This document shows, piece by piece, positions 35,734 through 44,085 of a stretch of DNA of 64,000 nt. Every line of letters starts with the position of its first letter. The stretch's first letter is position 1. The stretch lies in contig CAYMEN010000011.1 in assembly GCA_964389325.1 (NCBI GenBank), positions 52,252-116,251 of the forward strand, read 5' to 3'. The position numbers and the translations under genes were made by a program. Under the pieces are notes generated by a model that searched no databases, had not been told where the DNA came from, and saw only the letters and a program-made list of their open reading frames with translations. This DNA is from an uncultured bacterium. GTDB lineage: Bacteria > Muiribacteriota > Ozemobacteria > Ozemobacterales > Ozemobacteraceae.

Positions 35734-37196
35734 GGGGTAAGCCCCTTTGCGTCGTCCCGCAGCTGCGCGAGAAGGTTCACGACTTCGAGATGGCCGGAAA
35801 ACCTCGGCGGGAGGCTGCTCAGCAGCGTGATCGCTTCCGGGAAGCGGCCGAGCTTTCTGAGCGTTCCGGCGTATTCGAGGGCGATCGCGACATCACCTGA
35901 CAGATCGAACTCCTTCTGGTAGCAGGCGATGGCTTTGTCCCACTCCTGGGCTGCCACGGCAATACGCGCCAGGAACAGGTTCGCTTGCGGAAGGCCGGGC
36001 TGCATCTCGAGCGATTTCCGGAATGCCTGGGCGGCCCCCTTGTGATCATCGAGCGAAAAGAGACAGCAGCCGATCCGGAACTGCGCGGCCACATGCTCGG
36101 CATCACGATGCAAGGCATCACGGAACAGCGACAGGGCATCGCCATACTGTTCCCGCACGAGGAACATCTCGCCCATCTGGAAATCGTTGTCGGCGGCGAG
36201 GAATTCGCGCGTGACCTTTCGTTTCGTGACGGCATCGGTCCAGAATCTGGGGGCTTTCGCGGGAGCCTGCGGAATCACCGATGTTTCCGCGGACTCCAGC
36301 CCGGTGTCAGACGACAGATACAGTACCAGCGGTATGCAGAGGACGATGGCGACGATCCCCGCCAGGAGGTTCCTGTCGACGCCGTGAACGTGACTTGATA
36401 TATCTTCGGATACTCTATCTTCGTCGGCTTCCGAACTCCTGCCGCCGGCGGGACGGAGCCCGGCGAGTCGCGCCTGCGCCTGTGCCATAGATTCCTCGGG
36501 CCGGGAAGGCTGGGCCGGGGCGGGGGGGGGCGAAGACGGAGCGGCCTGCGAGGAAGGGAGCGGATGCCGGGGGCCTTCCTTCAGGAGACGGACGAACGCA
36601 TCGCGCAGATCGGCGATGCCTGGCTTCGATGCGTCGAGTTGGGTATCGAGGTCCTGGATCACCGAGTCGACGTGGTCCTGCGGGACAAGCCGCGCAAGAT
36701 GCCCGAGCACCTCGGGGCTGCCTGTCGAGGCGGCCAGAACGATCGGGATGTCGCAGGGGGCGATGGTGATCTCGAGACCGGCGAGAACGGCCGCGGCCAG
36801 AGGGCCGAGCGGCGCCGGAGACAGCAGCGCCGGTCCGAATCCCGACAGGACGAGTTCTTTCGGAAACAGGTTCAGGGTGTCGAGGAGTTGGGCCGGCGAT
36901 GTCTGGAGAGCCGCAGTGCATGCGCGCTGCAGGAATGCGGCGCGGACCTGGGGATCCGACTGGGCGATGACCATGGCTGCGAGAAGCGCATGCGACGGGG
37001 GAAGCGAGGGAAGGAAGGTGTCCCAGAAGGCTGCAGGAGAACCTTTCAGGGGGAGTAACAGCAGCTGGAGATCGTTCCACGAGGGGCGCAACATCGGTGG
37101 GCCGGCTTCCCTGGCCCACGATGATAAAAGCTTTCGCAGATCCTGGATCGGCGAGGAGCCGGCCGAGGCAGGAGGGCGTGAATTGCCTGTGCTCAC
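35730..37196 (-). CDS. Single-pass membrane protein with C-terminal TPR repeats
   Basis: TM helix 'LLAGIVAIVLCIPLVLYL' followed by about 4 TPR units ('GDALSLFRDALHRDAEH', 'AAQAFRKSLEMQP'); coupled to the first pilin gene. Confidence 0.75.
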   Translation of the reverse strand: MSTGNSRPPASAGSSPIQDLRKLLSSWAREAGPPMLRPSWNDLQLLLLPLKGSPAAFWDTFLPSLPPSHALLAAMVIAQSDPQVRAAFLQRACTAALQTSPAQLLDTLNLFPKELVLSGFGPALLSPAPLGPLAAAVLAGLEITIAPCDIPIVLAASTGSPEVLGHLARLVPQDHVDSVIQDLDTQLDASKPGIADLRDAFVRLLKEGPRHPLPSSQAAPSSPPPAPAQPSRPEESMAQAQARLAGLRPAGGRSSEADEDRVSEDISSHVHGVDRNLLAGIVAIVLCIPLVLYLSSDTGLESAETSVIPQAPAKAPRFWTDAVTKRKVTREFLAADNDFQMGEMFLVREQYGDALSLFRDALHRDAEHVAAQFRIGCCLFSLDDHKGAAQAFRKSLEMQPGLPQANLFLARIAVAAQEWDKAIACYQKEFDLSGDVAIALEYAGTLRKLGRFPEAITLLSSLPPRFSGHLEVVNLLAQLRDDAKGLTP

Positions 37197-37320
37197 ATCA
37201 GGATGCTTCCTATCGGAGTTCTCTCCCGTATTATGCCATTACGGGGCTTTCTGAGCAAATGTGCCGGAAATTCTCGTCCCCCGCTCGCACCGGAAGTATC
37301 GATTGCGGTAGTATCAGGGC

Positions 37321-38241
37321 ATGAAACGGTTCGACGTGGCCGGTCTCGGCCAGTGTTCCATCGACCTGCTCGCGACGGTGGCCGAGTATCCGCCCGTCGA
37401 CGTGAAGGCCGAAACGTCGGCATTCCGGATCCAGGGGGGCGGCCCGGTTGCGACGGCGCTGGTCGCGGCCGCGCGTCTGGGCCTCACGACCGCTTTTCTC
37501 GGAAAGATCGGTGGCGACGAGTACGGAAAGCTGATTCAGCAGGGACTTGCCGATGAAGGGGTGAACCTCGAAGGTCTCGTCACGGCCCCTGACAAGGAAT
37601 CGCAGACGGCCTTCATCGCCGTCGAACGGGGAACGGGCCGCCGCACGATCTTCTGGCACAGGGGTTCCGCCTTTCCGCTCGAGGTCGACGAACTGCAGAA
37701 GGACCTCGTCAGGCAGAGCCGGTTCCTGCACCTCGACGGCCTGCACATCCAGGCCTCGCTCGAGGCGGCGAAGATTGCGCGACGGATGAAGATCCCCGTG
37801 ATGCTCGACGCGGGAACATACCGCCCCGAAATCGAGTCCCTCCTCCCGCTGATCGATTATCTCGTCGTCGGAAAGGGCTTCGCGTTCAGCTTCCTGAACA
37901 CGAAAGACCCGGTCGAGGCACTCCAGGAACTGACCACCTACGGCGCGCGCATGGTCTGCATCACGCTTGGCGAGGAAGGCTGCGTGGCGGCCGCGAACGG
38001 CGTCCTGTTCCGCCAGCGGGCCTGGAAGGTCAACCCCGTCGTCGACACGACCGGCTGCGGCGACGCCTTCCACGGCGGCCTGATCTACGCCCTGACGAAA
38101 CACTGGCCGACCCAGACCTGCCTCGGCTTCGCCGCGGCTGTCGCCGCCCTCAAATGCCGGGCGCTCGGCGGAAGGACCGCCCTGCCGACCCTCGCCGAAA
38201 CGATGTCGCTCCTTCCGAAACGCCTGCATCCAGTTGCCTGA
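37321..38241 (+). CDS. PfkB-family sugar kinase
   Basis: 'GGGPVATALVAAARLG' and 'VVDTTGCGDAFHGG' PfkB signatures; TAGTAT 6 nt before ATG. Confidence 0.9.
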   Translation: MKRFDVAGLGQCSIDLLATVAEYPPVDVKAETSAFRIQGGGPVATALVAAARLGLTTAFLGKIGGDEYGKLIQQGLADEGVNLEGLVTAPDKESQTAFIAVERGTGRRTIFWHRGSAFPLEVDELQKDLVRQSRFLHLDGLHIQASLEAAKIARRMKIPVMLDAGTYRPEIESLLPLIDYLVVGKGFAFSFLNTKDPVEALQELTTYGARMVCITLGEEGCVAAANGVLFRQRAWKVNPVVDTTGCGDAFHGGLIYALTKHWPTQTCLGFAAAVAALKCRALGGRTALPTLAETMSLLPKRLHPVA

Positions 38242-38277
38242 CGCCGTGAAATTGCCAGGCTGTCCGGCAACGGAGCA

Positions 38278-38306
38278 TTGACGCTTTGATGATCCGTTCC
38301 TATAAT
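38278..38306 (+). promoter_or_regulatory. Sigma-70-type promoter
   Basis: TTGACG-N17-TATAAT. Confidence 0.8.
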
Positions 38307-38368
38307 TGAAGCTGATGTTGTACCGCTCAGCATAGTAAAACCGCTCCTACAGGGAATGGAGGTAGTAT

Positions 38369-39928
38369 ATGATGTTTCGAAGCAAATGCAGGATCAGGGT
38401 GGTTTCCCTCTTCACCGTGCTGATGTTCGTGGCTTCGACGTTCGGGGCCTACGCGCAGCAGGGAACGACCGTCACGCAGATTCCGGCCGGAACGAAGGTC
38501 GATCTTTCGTCCGTGATGAACAGCGTTCCCGAGATCGGCATGCTCAAGACCAACCTGAACACGATCGAATCTGCGCTCAAACAGATCGAGACGACGGCGA
38601 CCCCGCTCTACAACAAGATCGCCCCCTCCAACATGGACGCGATGACCATCGGAGAGCGCATCAAGGCGATTCTCGGCAACACCAAGTCGATGGTCAACGA
38701 TGGCGTGCAGTCATACAAGGGCCAGGTCGACAACTGGTATGCCGAGCGCGGGCTTCCGGCTGACCCCTCGTTTGAGCAGCAGCTTGGCGTTGGGCTCAAC
38801 GAACTCGGCGTCCAGGCCGGCCAGATGCCGATGAACGGCAAGGGCGACGCGCTCGTTTCCAAGCTGAAGACGATCGTCGACGCCATCAAGACGAAGTTGA
38901 AGACGATCATCGACGCCATCCGCGCCCGCATCGTGGCGCTGGCCCAGAAGGTCGGCCTCATGAAGAAGGGTGACAAGAAAGACCCCGCCAAGGAACAGGA
39001 AGGCACGCTTCAGCCCCAGGCTGATATCCAGTATTCCGACACCTTCTCGGGCAAACTGCAGAAGGGCGTTGCCGAAGGCACCCAGAACGCCAAGCAGTCG
39101 CTCAAGAGCAGCTTCTCGTTCACCAACCTCGCCGTGACGACGAGCGTCGCCGTCGGCACCAACCTGGCCCTCCAGGTGATCAGGGGTGAAAAGCCGTCGT
39201 TCGGAAAGGCCGCCAAGGCCGTCGCGTCCGTCGAGTTCGCCGGCAGCGTCGTGGGTTCGGCTCTGGGCGCCGCGGGTGGCCAGTTCACCGCCTCGATCGT
39301 CCGCGCGTTCCTTCCCGGCCCGGTCGGCGCCCTCGTCGGAGCGGTCGTTCCGGTCATGATGGGCTCGGCGGGCGGCCAGATCGGCTCCTCGCTCGCCGGT
39401 GACATCAAGAGCGGCCAGTTCAACCTCGGCAAGGCCATCCGCCAGATCGACCCGGTCGATTTGATCGGTTCCTCCGTCGGCTCCACCATCGGCATGGCTC
39501 TCCTTTCCCCGATCCCGATCGTCGGGCCCATCATCGGCGGCATCGTCGGCGGCGTGGTCGGCAGCAAGGTCGCCAAGTGGGTCCAGGGCATCTTCAAGGG
39601 AAAGAAGATCAACATCTTCAACAGGGGCAAGACCTTCACGACCGAAGCGTCGAACACCTCGGGCGAGGGTTCCGGTATCACCTTCGGCGAAGGCCAGAGC
39701 CTCGGAATCAACTCGGGCGGCCAGCTCGGCACCGGCATGACCCCGACCGCGAACGTCGAAGTCTCGGTCAGCGGCGACATCCAGACCGTCGAGAAGCAGT
39801 ATTACGAAACCTATCTCAAATACAACAAGCTGGTCGAAAACAAGCAGTACGACGAAGCGAAGAAAGTCTACGAAGAACTCAAGGTCTATTCCGACCAATA
39901 CAACGCCCTCAAGAACAAAGCAAAGTAA
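38369..39928 (+). CDS. Secreted protein with amphipathic helices and glycine-zipper hydrophobic segments
   Basis: 519 aa; signal peptide; GGAGGT RBS; tandem 11-aa repeat; several GxxxG-rich hydrophobic stretches. Confidence 0.8.
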   Translation: MMFRSKCRIRVVSLFTVLMFVASTFGAYAQQGTTVTQIPAGTKVDLSSVMNSVPEIGMLKTNLNTIESALKQIETTATPLYNKIAPSNMDAMTIGERIKAILGNTKSMVNDGVQSYKGQVDNWYAERGLPADPSFEQQLGVGLNELGVQAGQMPMNGKGDALVSKLKTIVDAIKTKLKTIIDAIRARIVALAQKVGLMKKGDKKDPAKEQEGTLQPQADIQYSDTFSGKLQKGVAEGTQNAKQSLKSSFSFTNLAVTTSVAVGTNLALQVIRGEKPSFGKAAKAVASVEFAGSVVGSALGAAGGQFTASIVRAFLPGPVGALVGAVVPVMMGSAGGQIGSSLAGDIKSGQFNLGKAIRQIDPVDLIGSSVGSTIGMALLSPIPIVGPIIGGIVGGVVGSKVAKWVQGIFKGKKINIFNRGKTFTTEASNTSGEGSGITFGEGQSLGINSGGQLGTGMTPTANVEVSVSGDIQTVEKQYYETYLKYNKLVENKQYDEAKKVYEELKVYSDQYNALKNKAK

Positions 39929-39946
39929 CCGATATACGTTCTGATG

Positions 39947-39975
39947 AAAACCCCGCCTTCCGAGGCGGGGTTTTT
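39947..39975 (+). terminator. Intrinsic (possibly bidirectional) terminator
   Basis: AAAACCCCGCCT-TCCG-AGGCGGGGTTTTT. Confidence 0.85.
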
Positions 39976-40023
39976 CTTCGGACCAATCCGCAGATGCCGC
40001 AGATGTGTTGAACATTGAAAGAT

Positions 40024-40128
40024 TCAACGCCGAGACGCTGAGACGCTGCGCTGAGACGCTGAGAAACGTATCCGTTCTTCTCTATTTCGGTTTGCTTGAT
40101 CCTCTGCATCTCTGCGACTCAGCGGTTC
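40024..40128. mobile_element. MITE-like element with imperfect inverted ends built from tandem 8-mers
   Basis: Left: GCCGAGAC GCTGAGAC gctgc GCTGAGAC GCTGAGAA; right: CTCTGCAT CTCTGCGA CTCAGCGG; related right end at 43278-43305. Confidence 0.55.
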
Positions 40129-40279
40129 ATTCTATTGAGTGCTGCAGCATGATGATGAAATATCTTGCCTTTCGGTTGTTGACCGGGAATTGGAAAAGCC
40201 GCTGTGGAATTGACTTGGAGACCGATCTGTAGTACCATTTGGCGCCGGCGATCAGAGGTCCGGTTGTGGAGGCTGTGCA

Positions 40280-41515
40280 GTGAAGATTCTCGTATTGGGT
40301 TCCGGAGCGCGGGAACACGCTCTGGTCCACTCTCTTTCCCATTCCCCGTCGGTCCTGAAGATTTACGCCTGCCCGGGAAATGCCGGAATGCGGGATATCG
40401 CCGCGTGCCAGCCTTTCAGGGGGAACGCCGAGCTCGTCCAGTTCGCGCGCGACAACGTCGAGCTGGCCGTGATCGGCTCGTCGCGATACGTGACCGAAGG
40501 CACCGTCGACGCGCTCGTCAGGGCGGGCATTCCCGTCATCGGCCCCGCCGCCGACGCCGGCCGGATCGAGACCAGCAAAGCGTTCGCCGCGGCCTTCATG
40601 GTGAAGCACAACATTCCCTCGCCGATGACCCAGGTCGTCGCGAACCCGCGCGAGGCCGAGCGGTTCCTCGACGAAAACCCCTGGGTGCGCGTCGTCAAAT
40701 GCGACGGCTTCTCCCGCGGCACGGGCGTCGCCGTCGTGAACTCGGTCGAGGAGGCGAAAGAAGCCGCCCAACGGCTGTTCAAAAGCTTCGGCCCGCCCAT
40801 CATCCTCCAGGAGCGCGTCAAGGGCGTCGAGTGCTCCTACACGATCCTCACCGACGGCAACCAGTGGGTGTCGTTCAGCTCCTGCCGCGACTACAAGCGC
40901 GCCCACGACAACGAAGAAGGACCGACCACCGGCGGCCTCGGCGCGGTCAGCCCGTCGCCCGACCTCACGCCCGAACTCGAAGAGCGCATCCGGCAGCGCA
41001 TCGTCATCCCGGCCGTCGCGGGGATGCAGGCCGACAGACTGATGTACCGCGGTTTCCTCTCGTTCCAGCTCATGCTGACGGCGACGGGGCCGAAAGTGCT
41101 CGAGTTCAACGCGCGTCTCGGCGACCCCGAAACCCAGAGCATCCTCGCCCGGTTCCGCGGCAACCTGGCCTCCCTGCTGATGGACTGCGCCCTCGGCCGG
41201 CTCGACTCGACCGGTTCGGAAGTCGCGTTCGGCAAGCACAGCGCCGTCTCGGTCGTGCTCGCCCGCGCCGGCTATCCGAACGACGACGAGGCCCTTCCCG
41301 AGATCCTCAAGATGGAAGACGTGAAAGATTCGACCATCTATCATTCCTCGAACGATATCGGCCCGTCGGGGGAATGGGTGTTCCGCACCGGCCGGCTCAT
41401 CACCGTCTCCGCCGTCGGCGAAACCCTCGCCGACGCCCGCCGCCTCGCCTACGGCGACATCGGCAAGCTGGCGCTCAGGAATATCCATTACCGGAAAGAC
41501 ATCGGCGCCGTCTGA
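40280..41515 (+). CDS. purD: Phosphoribosylamine--glycine ligase-like ATP-grasp protein (divergent)
   Basis: 'MKILVLGSGAREHAL', 'PGNAG', 'IETSKAFA', 'EFNARLGDPETQ', 'YRKDIG'; several conserved motifs altered. Confidence 0.8.
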   Translation: MKILVLGSGAREHALVHSLSHSPSVLKIYACPGNAGMRDIAACQPFRGNAELVQFARDNVELAVIGSSRYVTEGTVDALVRAGIPVIGPAADAGRIETSKAFAAAFMVKHNIPSPMTQVVANPREAERFLDENPWVRVVKCDGFSRGTGVAVVNSVEEAKEAAQRLFKSFGPPIILQERVKGVECSYTILTDGNQWVSFSSCRDYKRAHDNEEGPTTGGLGAVSPSPDLTPELEERIRQRIVIPAVAGMQADRLMYRGFLSFQLMLTATGPKVLEFNARLGDPETQSILARFRGNLASLLMDCALGRLDSTGSEVAFGKHSAVSVVLARAGYPNDDEALPEILKMEDVKDSTIYHSSNDIGPSGEWVFRTGRLITVSAVGETLADARRLAYGDIGKLALRNIHYRKDIGAV

Positions 41516-41608
41516 GCCGGAATAATAAAGAATATTAGCTATATAATATGTAGTATATAAACTCGCCATTGTCGCGGGACGGGAGAGATCGAACACCGGA
41601 GAAGCCCG

Positions 41609-42343
41609 ATGCCTTCACGTGAAACGCTGGAAAAGGTTTTCTTCTGGCTGATGGTCGCGACCCTGTGCGGCTGGATCGCCGCCGGGTGGAACAAGGGAGC
41701 GCTTCCGCCGAAAGAGACCATCCTGCCGGCGTTGCTCCGGGAGCCGGTTCAGACGCCGACCAGCCGCAAGGAGTTCAAGTTCGATTACCGCGGCGTGCAT
41801 TACCGGGTTCGGCCGGTCGCGGAATACGAGCTGTGGGGCCTGGTGGTCGACCACAACGACATCAACGCCTGGTGGGACATCTACCACACCGCCGACTCGG
41901 TCGATACCCTCGACCTGGGCGTGATCTGGGGCGACAACCTGAAGATCCACGACTACCACCGGGTGAAGATGTGGAGCAGTTCGTGGTGCATCAACTGGCA
42001 GTTTCCCGCGGGCGTGACGTTCAGCCACGCCCACATCGCGAACAACCACCTGATCACGAAAGACCCGGCCACCCGGAAAAAGATCGCCAGGATCAGAAAA
42101 GGCGACCAGGTGCGTCTTCGGGGCATGTTGTGCGATTACCAGGGCTCGGACAACTACGAGTTCTGGCGCTGCAGCAGCACGACCCGCTCGGATACCGGCG
42201 GAACCGCCTGCGAGGTGGTCTACGTCGATTCGATCGATGTGCTGAAAGCGGCGACGCCAGGCTGGTATCTGCTGTATACCCTCTGTTCCTGGGGATTCGC
42301 GATTTCCCTGATCGGGAGAATCGCCCTGATGTTCATGGTTTGA
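41609..42343 (+). CDS. Conserved hypothetical membrane-anchored protein
   Basis: N- and C-terminal TM helices; 'DLGVIWG', 'HIANNHLI', 'VRLRGML', 'SSTTRSDTGGTACEVVYV'. Confidence 0.75.
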   Translation: MPSRETLEKVFFWLMVATLCGWIAAGWNKGALPPKETILPALLREPVQTPTSRKEFKFDYRGVHYRVRPVAEYELWGLVVDHNDINAWWDIYHTADSVDTLDLGVIWGDNLKIHDYHRVKMWSSSWCINWQFPAGVTFSHAHIANNHLITKDPATRKKIARIRKGDQVRLRGMLCDYQGSDNYEFWRCSSTTRSDTGGTACEVVYVDSIDVLKAATPGWYLLYTLCSWGFAISLIGRIALMFMV

Positions 42344-43061
42344 AGCGTGTCGTTCCGCTCGCGGTCGGTTCTTCGAGGGGGAAAATCGCGACGTAGACGC
42401 GCAGATCGGGGTTGAGCCAGGCGAGCAGGGTGAGCATGGAAGGTTCCGCCATGGCGACGCAGCCCGCCGTGCCGGTGGTCTGATCCTTCCAGAGGTGCAT
42501 GAAAATCGCGCTTCCAAGGCTTGCCACCACCGGAGCCGTGTTGTAATCGACGACGAGCCCCAACTTGTACAGATCGTCCGATCGTTTCAGATACTCGAAG
42601 GATTTCGCCTTCGTGTGGCTTTTCCTGGCCAGGGTGTTGTAATCTGGAGCCTCGGGATCATCGATCCAGACGTCGTCAGGGCTCGACGGCCGGTACCGCC
42701 ATCGGATATCCAGCGTCGGAGCGTAGCCGAACGCGAACCCGATCGGGAAGATGCCGGACGGCGTGCGGCCGTCGCCTTCGCGCTTCTCGCCTTCCGGGGC
42801 CATGCCGTTCCGCCCGATGACGGCAGGAAAGGGGGAGCGGGCGACTTCCCACGCGTTGTCGCGTTTCCGCAGAAGAACGACGGTCGCCGGAACGGACGCG
42901 GGATCGTCCGGAACGACCCAGATGCACTGTCCTGCCCCCATCCGGTTCAGCTGGACTTCCAGCGGCGCAGGAAGGGTCCACGTGCGTGAAGCGGTGGGGG
43001 CGGCAACGGCAGGCGGGGCTGAAAGCATCAGAAACAGGCATGCCAGGCATAACAGAGACAT
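42333..43061 (-). CDS. L,D-transpeptidase (YkuD)-family protein, exported
   Basis: 'KREGDGRTPSG', 'SAIFMHLW...TAGCVAM' (His...Gly-Cys motif); GGAGGA RBS; signal peptide. Confidence 0.85.
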   Translation of the reverse strand: MSLLCLACLFLMLSAPPAVAAPTASRTWTLPAPLEVQLNRMGAGQCIWVVPDDPASVPATVVLLRKRDNAWEVARSPFPAVIGRNGMAPEGEKREGDGRTPSGIFPIGFAFGYAPTLDIRWRYRPSSPDDVWIDDPEAPDYNTLARKSHTKAKSFEYLKRSDDLYKLGLVVDYNTAPVVASLGSAIFMHLWKDQTTGTAGCVAMAEPSMLTLLAWLNPDLRVYVAIFPLEEPTASGTTRFKP

Positions 43062-43151
43062 CGGGAATCCTCCGGATGATGTTCGCTCCTCACAGTGTAT
43101 CCGATTTTGCCCTGTTGAGTCCTGCAAAATAAACGCCGCTTTTGCGTTCCT

Positions 43152-43180
43152 GTTCGTGCTGAGCCTGTCGAAGCACGAAC
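43152..43180. repeat. Hairpin repeat GTTCGTGCTGAGCCTGTCGAAGCACGAAC
   Basis: 9-bp stem; 27 nt identical to 53251-53277. Confidence 0.85.
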
Positions 43181-43358
43181 GGCAGAATATGCGGGTATAC
43201 GGGGTGATTGTCGTGTTCCTATTGGGACGAACAGTATCGAATGATTGTTTGTGTGTATGCCTTCGTGATGAAATCTTCTCTGTGTCTCCGTGACTCTGTG
43301 GTGAAGCGGTCTTTGTGGGCTGTGATTCAGCGGTTGTGAAACCCGGCGCGCTTGCCTG

Positions 43359-43937
43359 TCACTCGGGAAGATGCTCTCCGTGCGGGTTCCGGTTCAGGTC
43401 GCGATAGCAGGCGCGGCAGGTGGCGATGTACTTCTCGAAGCCGCCCACGTCGATCTCCTGGTCGTTCTTCACGGTCTTGTGAGAGATCGTGCCTTCATAC
43501 TCGCCGCACCGGTGGCAGACGGCCTTCTTCTTCACGATCGTGTCGGCGTGCGCCATCAGGATCATGGTCGTTTCGAAGGGCTGGTTCTTGAAATTCAGGT
43601 CCAGGCCGGAGCAGAAGACATCGATCCCCCGACGGGTCAGATCAAGGAGAACCTCGGACAGGGCGGGATCGAAAAACTGGACTTCGTCGACGAAAACGGC
43701 CCGTTCCTCACCGGTGATGAATCCGGGTATTTCCCTGGATGACGGAACAGGTATGGCATCGACCTTCGCCTGTGTATGGGAGACGATGCAGGCCTTTCCA
43801 TACCGGTCGTCGAGAGCGGGCTTGAAGACTTTCACGGGCTTCCGCCCGAGTGTGTAGATCTCGACGAACGAAATCAACTCCGATGTCTTCCCCGAATACA
43901 TCGGCCCAGCAATCAGCGTGAAATGCCCTTCGCCCAT
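43359..43937 (-). CDS. tdk: Thymidine kinase
   Basis: 'GPMYSGKTSEL', 'FVDEVQFF', 'SGLDLNF', 'KAVCHRC', 'YIATCRAC'. Confidence 0.95.
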   Translation of the reverse strand: MGEGHFTLIAGPMYSGKTSELISFVEIYTLGRKPVKVFKPALDDRYGKACIVSHTQAKVDAIPVPSSREIPGFITGEERAVFVDEVQFFDPALSEVLLDLTRRGIDVFCSGLDLNFKNQPFETTMILMAHADTIVKKKAVCHRCGEYEGTISHKTVKNDQEIDVGGFEKYIATCRACYRDLNRNPHGEHLPE

Positions 43938-44085
43938 GGCGGCAGACCTCCCGTCGGAAATCGCGCCTTGTATAACACAAATCGTATTCCGGCGAAACCC
44001 GCTGTCGGAACATGGCGCCGGAAGCGCCCGGAAAAAGCCGCAGGCCCCGGGGTCTTCCGGGGCCTGCGAGTGATGAGCTGCGTCG

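Noticed and set aside
39986-40128. Tandem 8/9-mer arrays as a CRISPR array
   Set aside because: Units are 8-9 nt and contiguous, with no unique spacers and no cas genes.
41522-41556. A true dif or lox site among the ATA-N8-TAT copies
   Set aside because: None has conserved outer arms such as TTATGTTAAAT, spacers differ at every site, and no recombinase gene is in the window.
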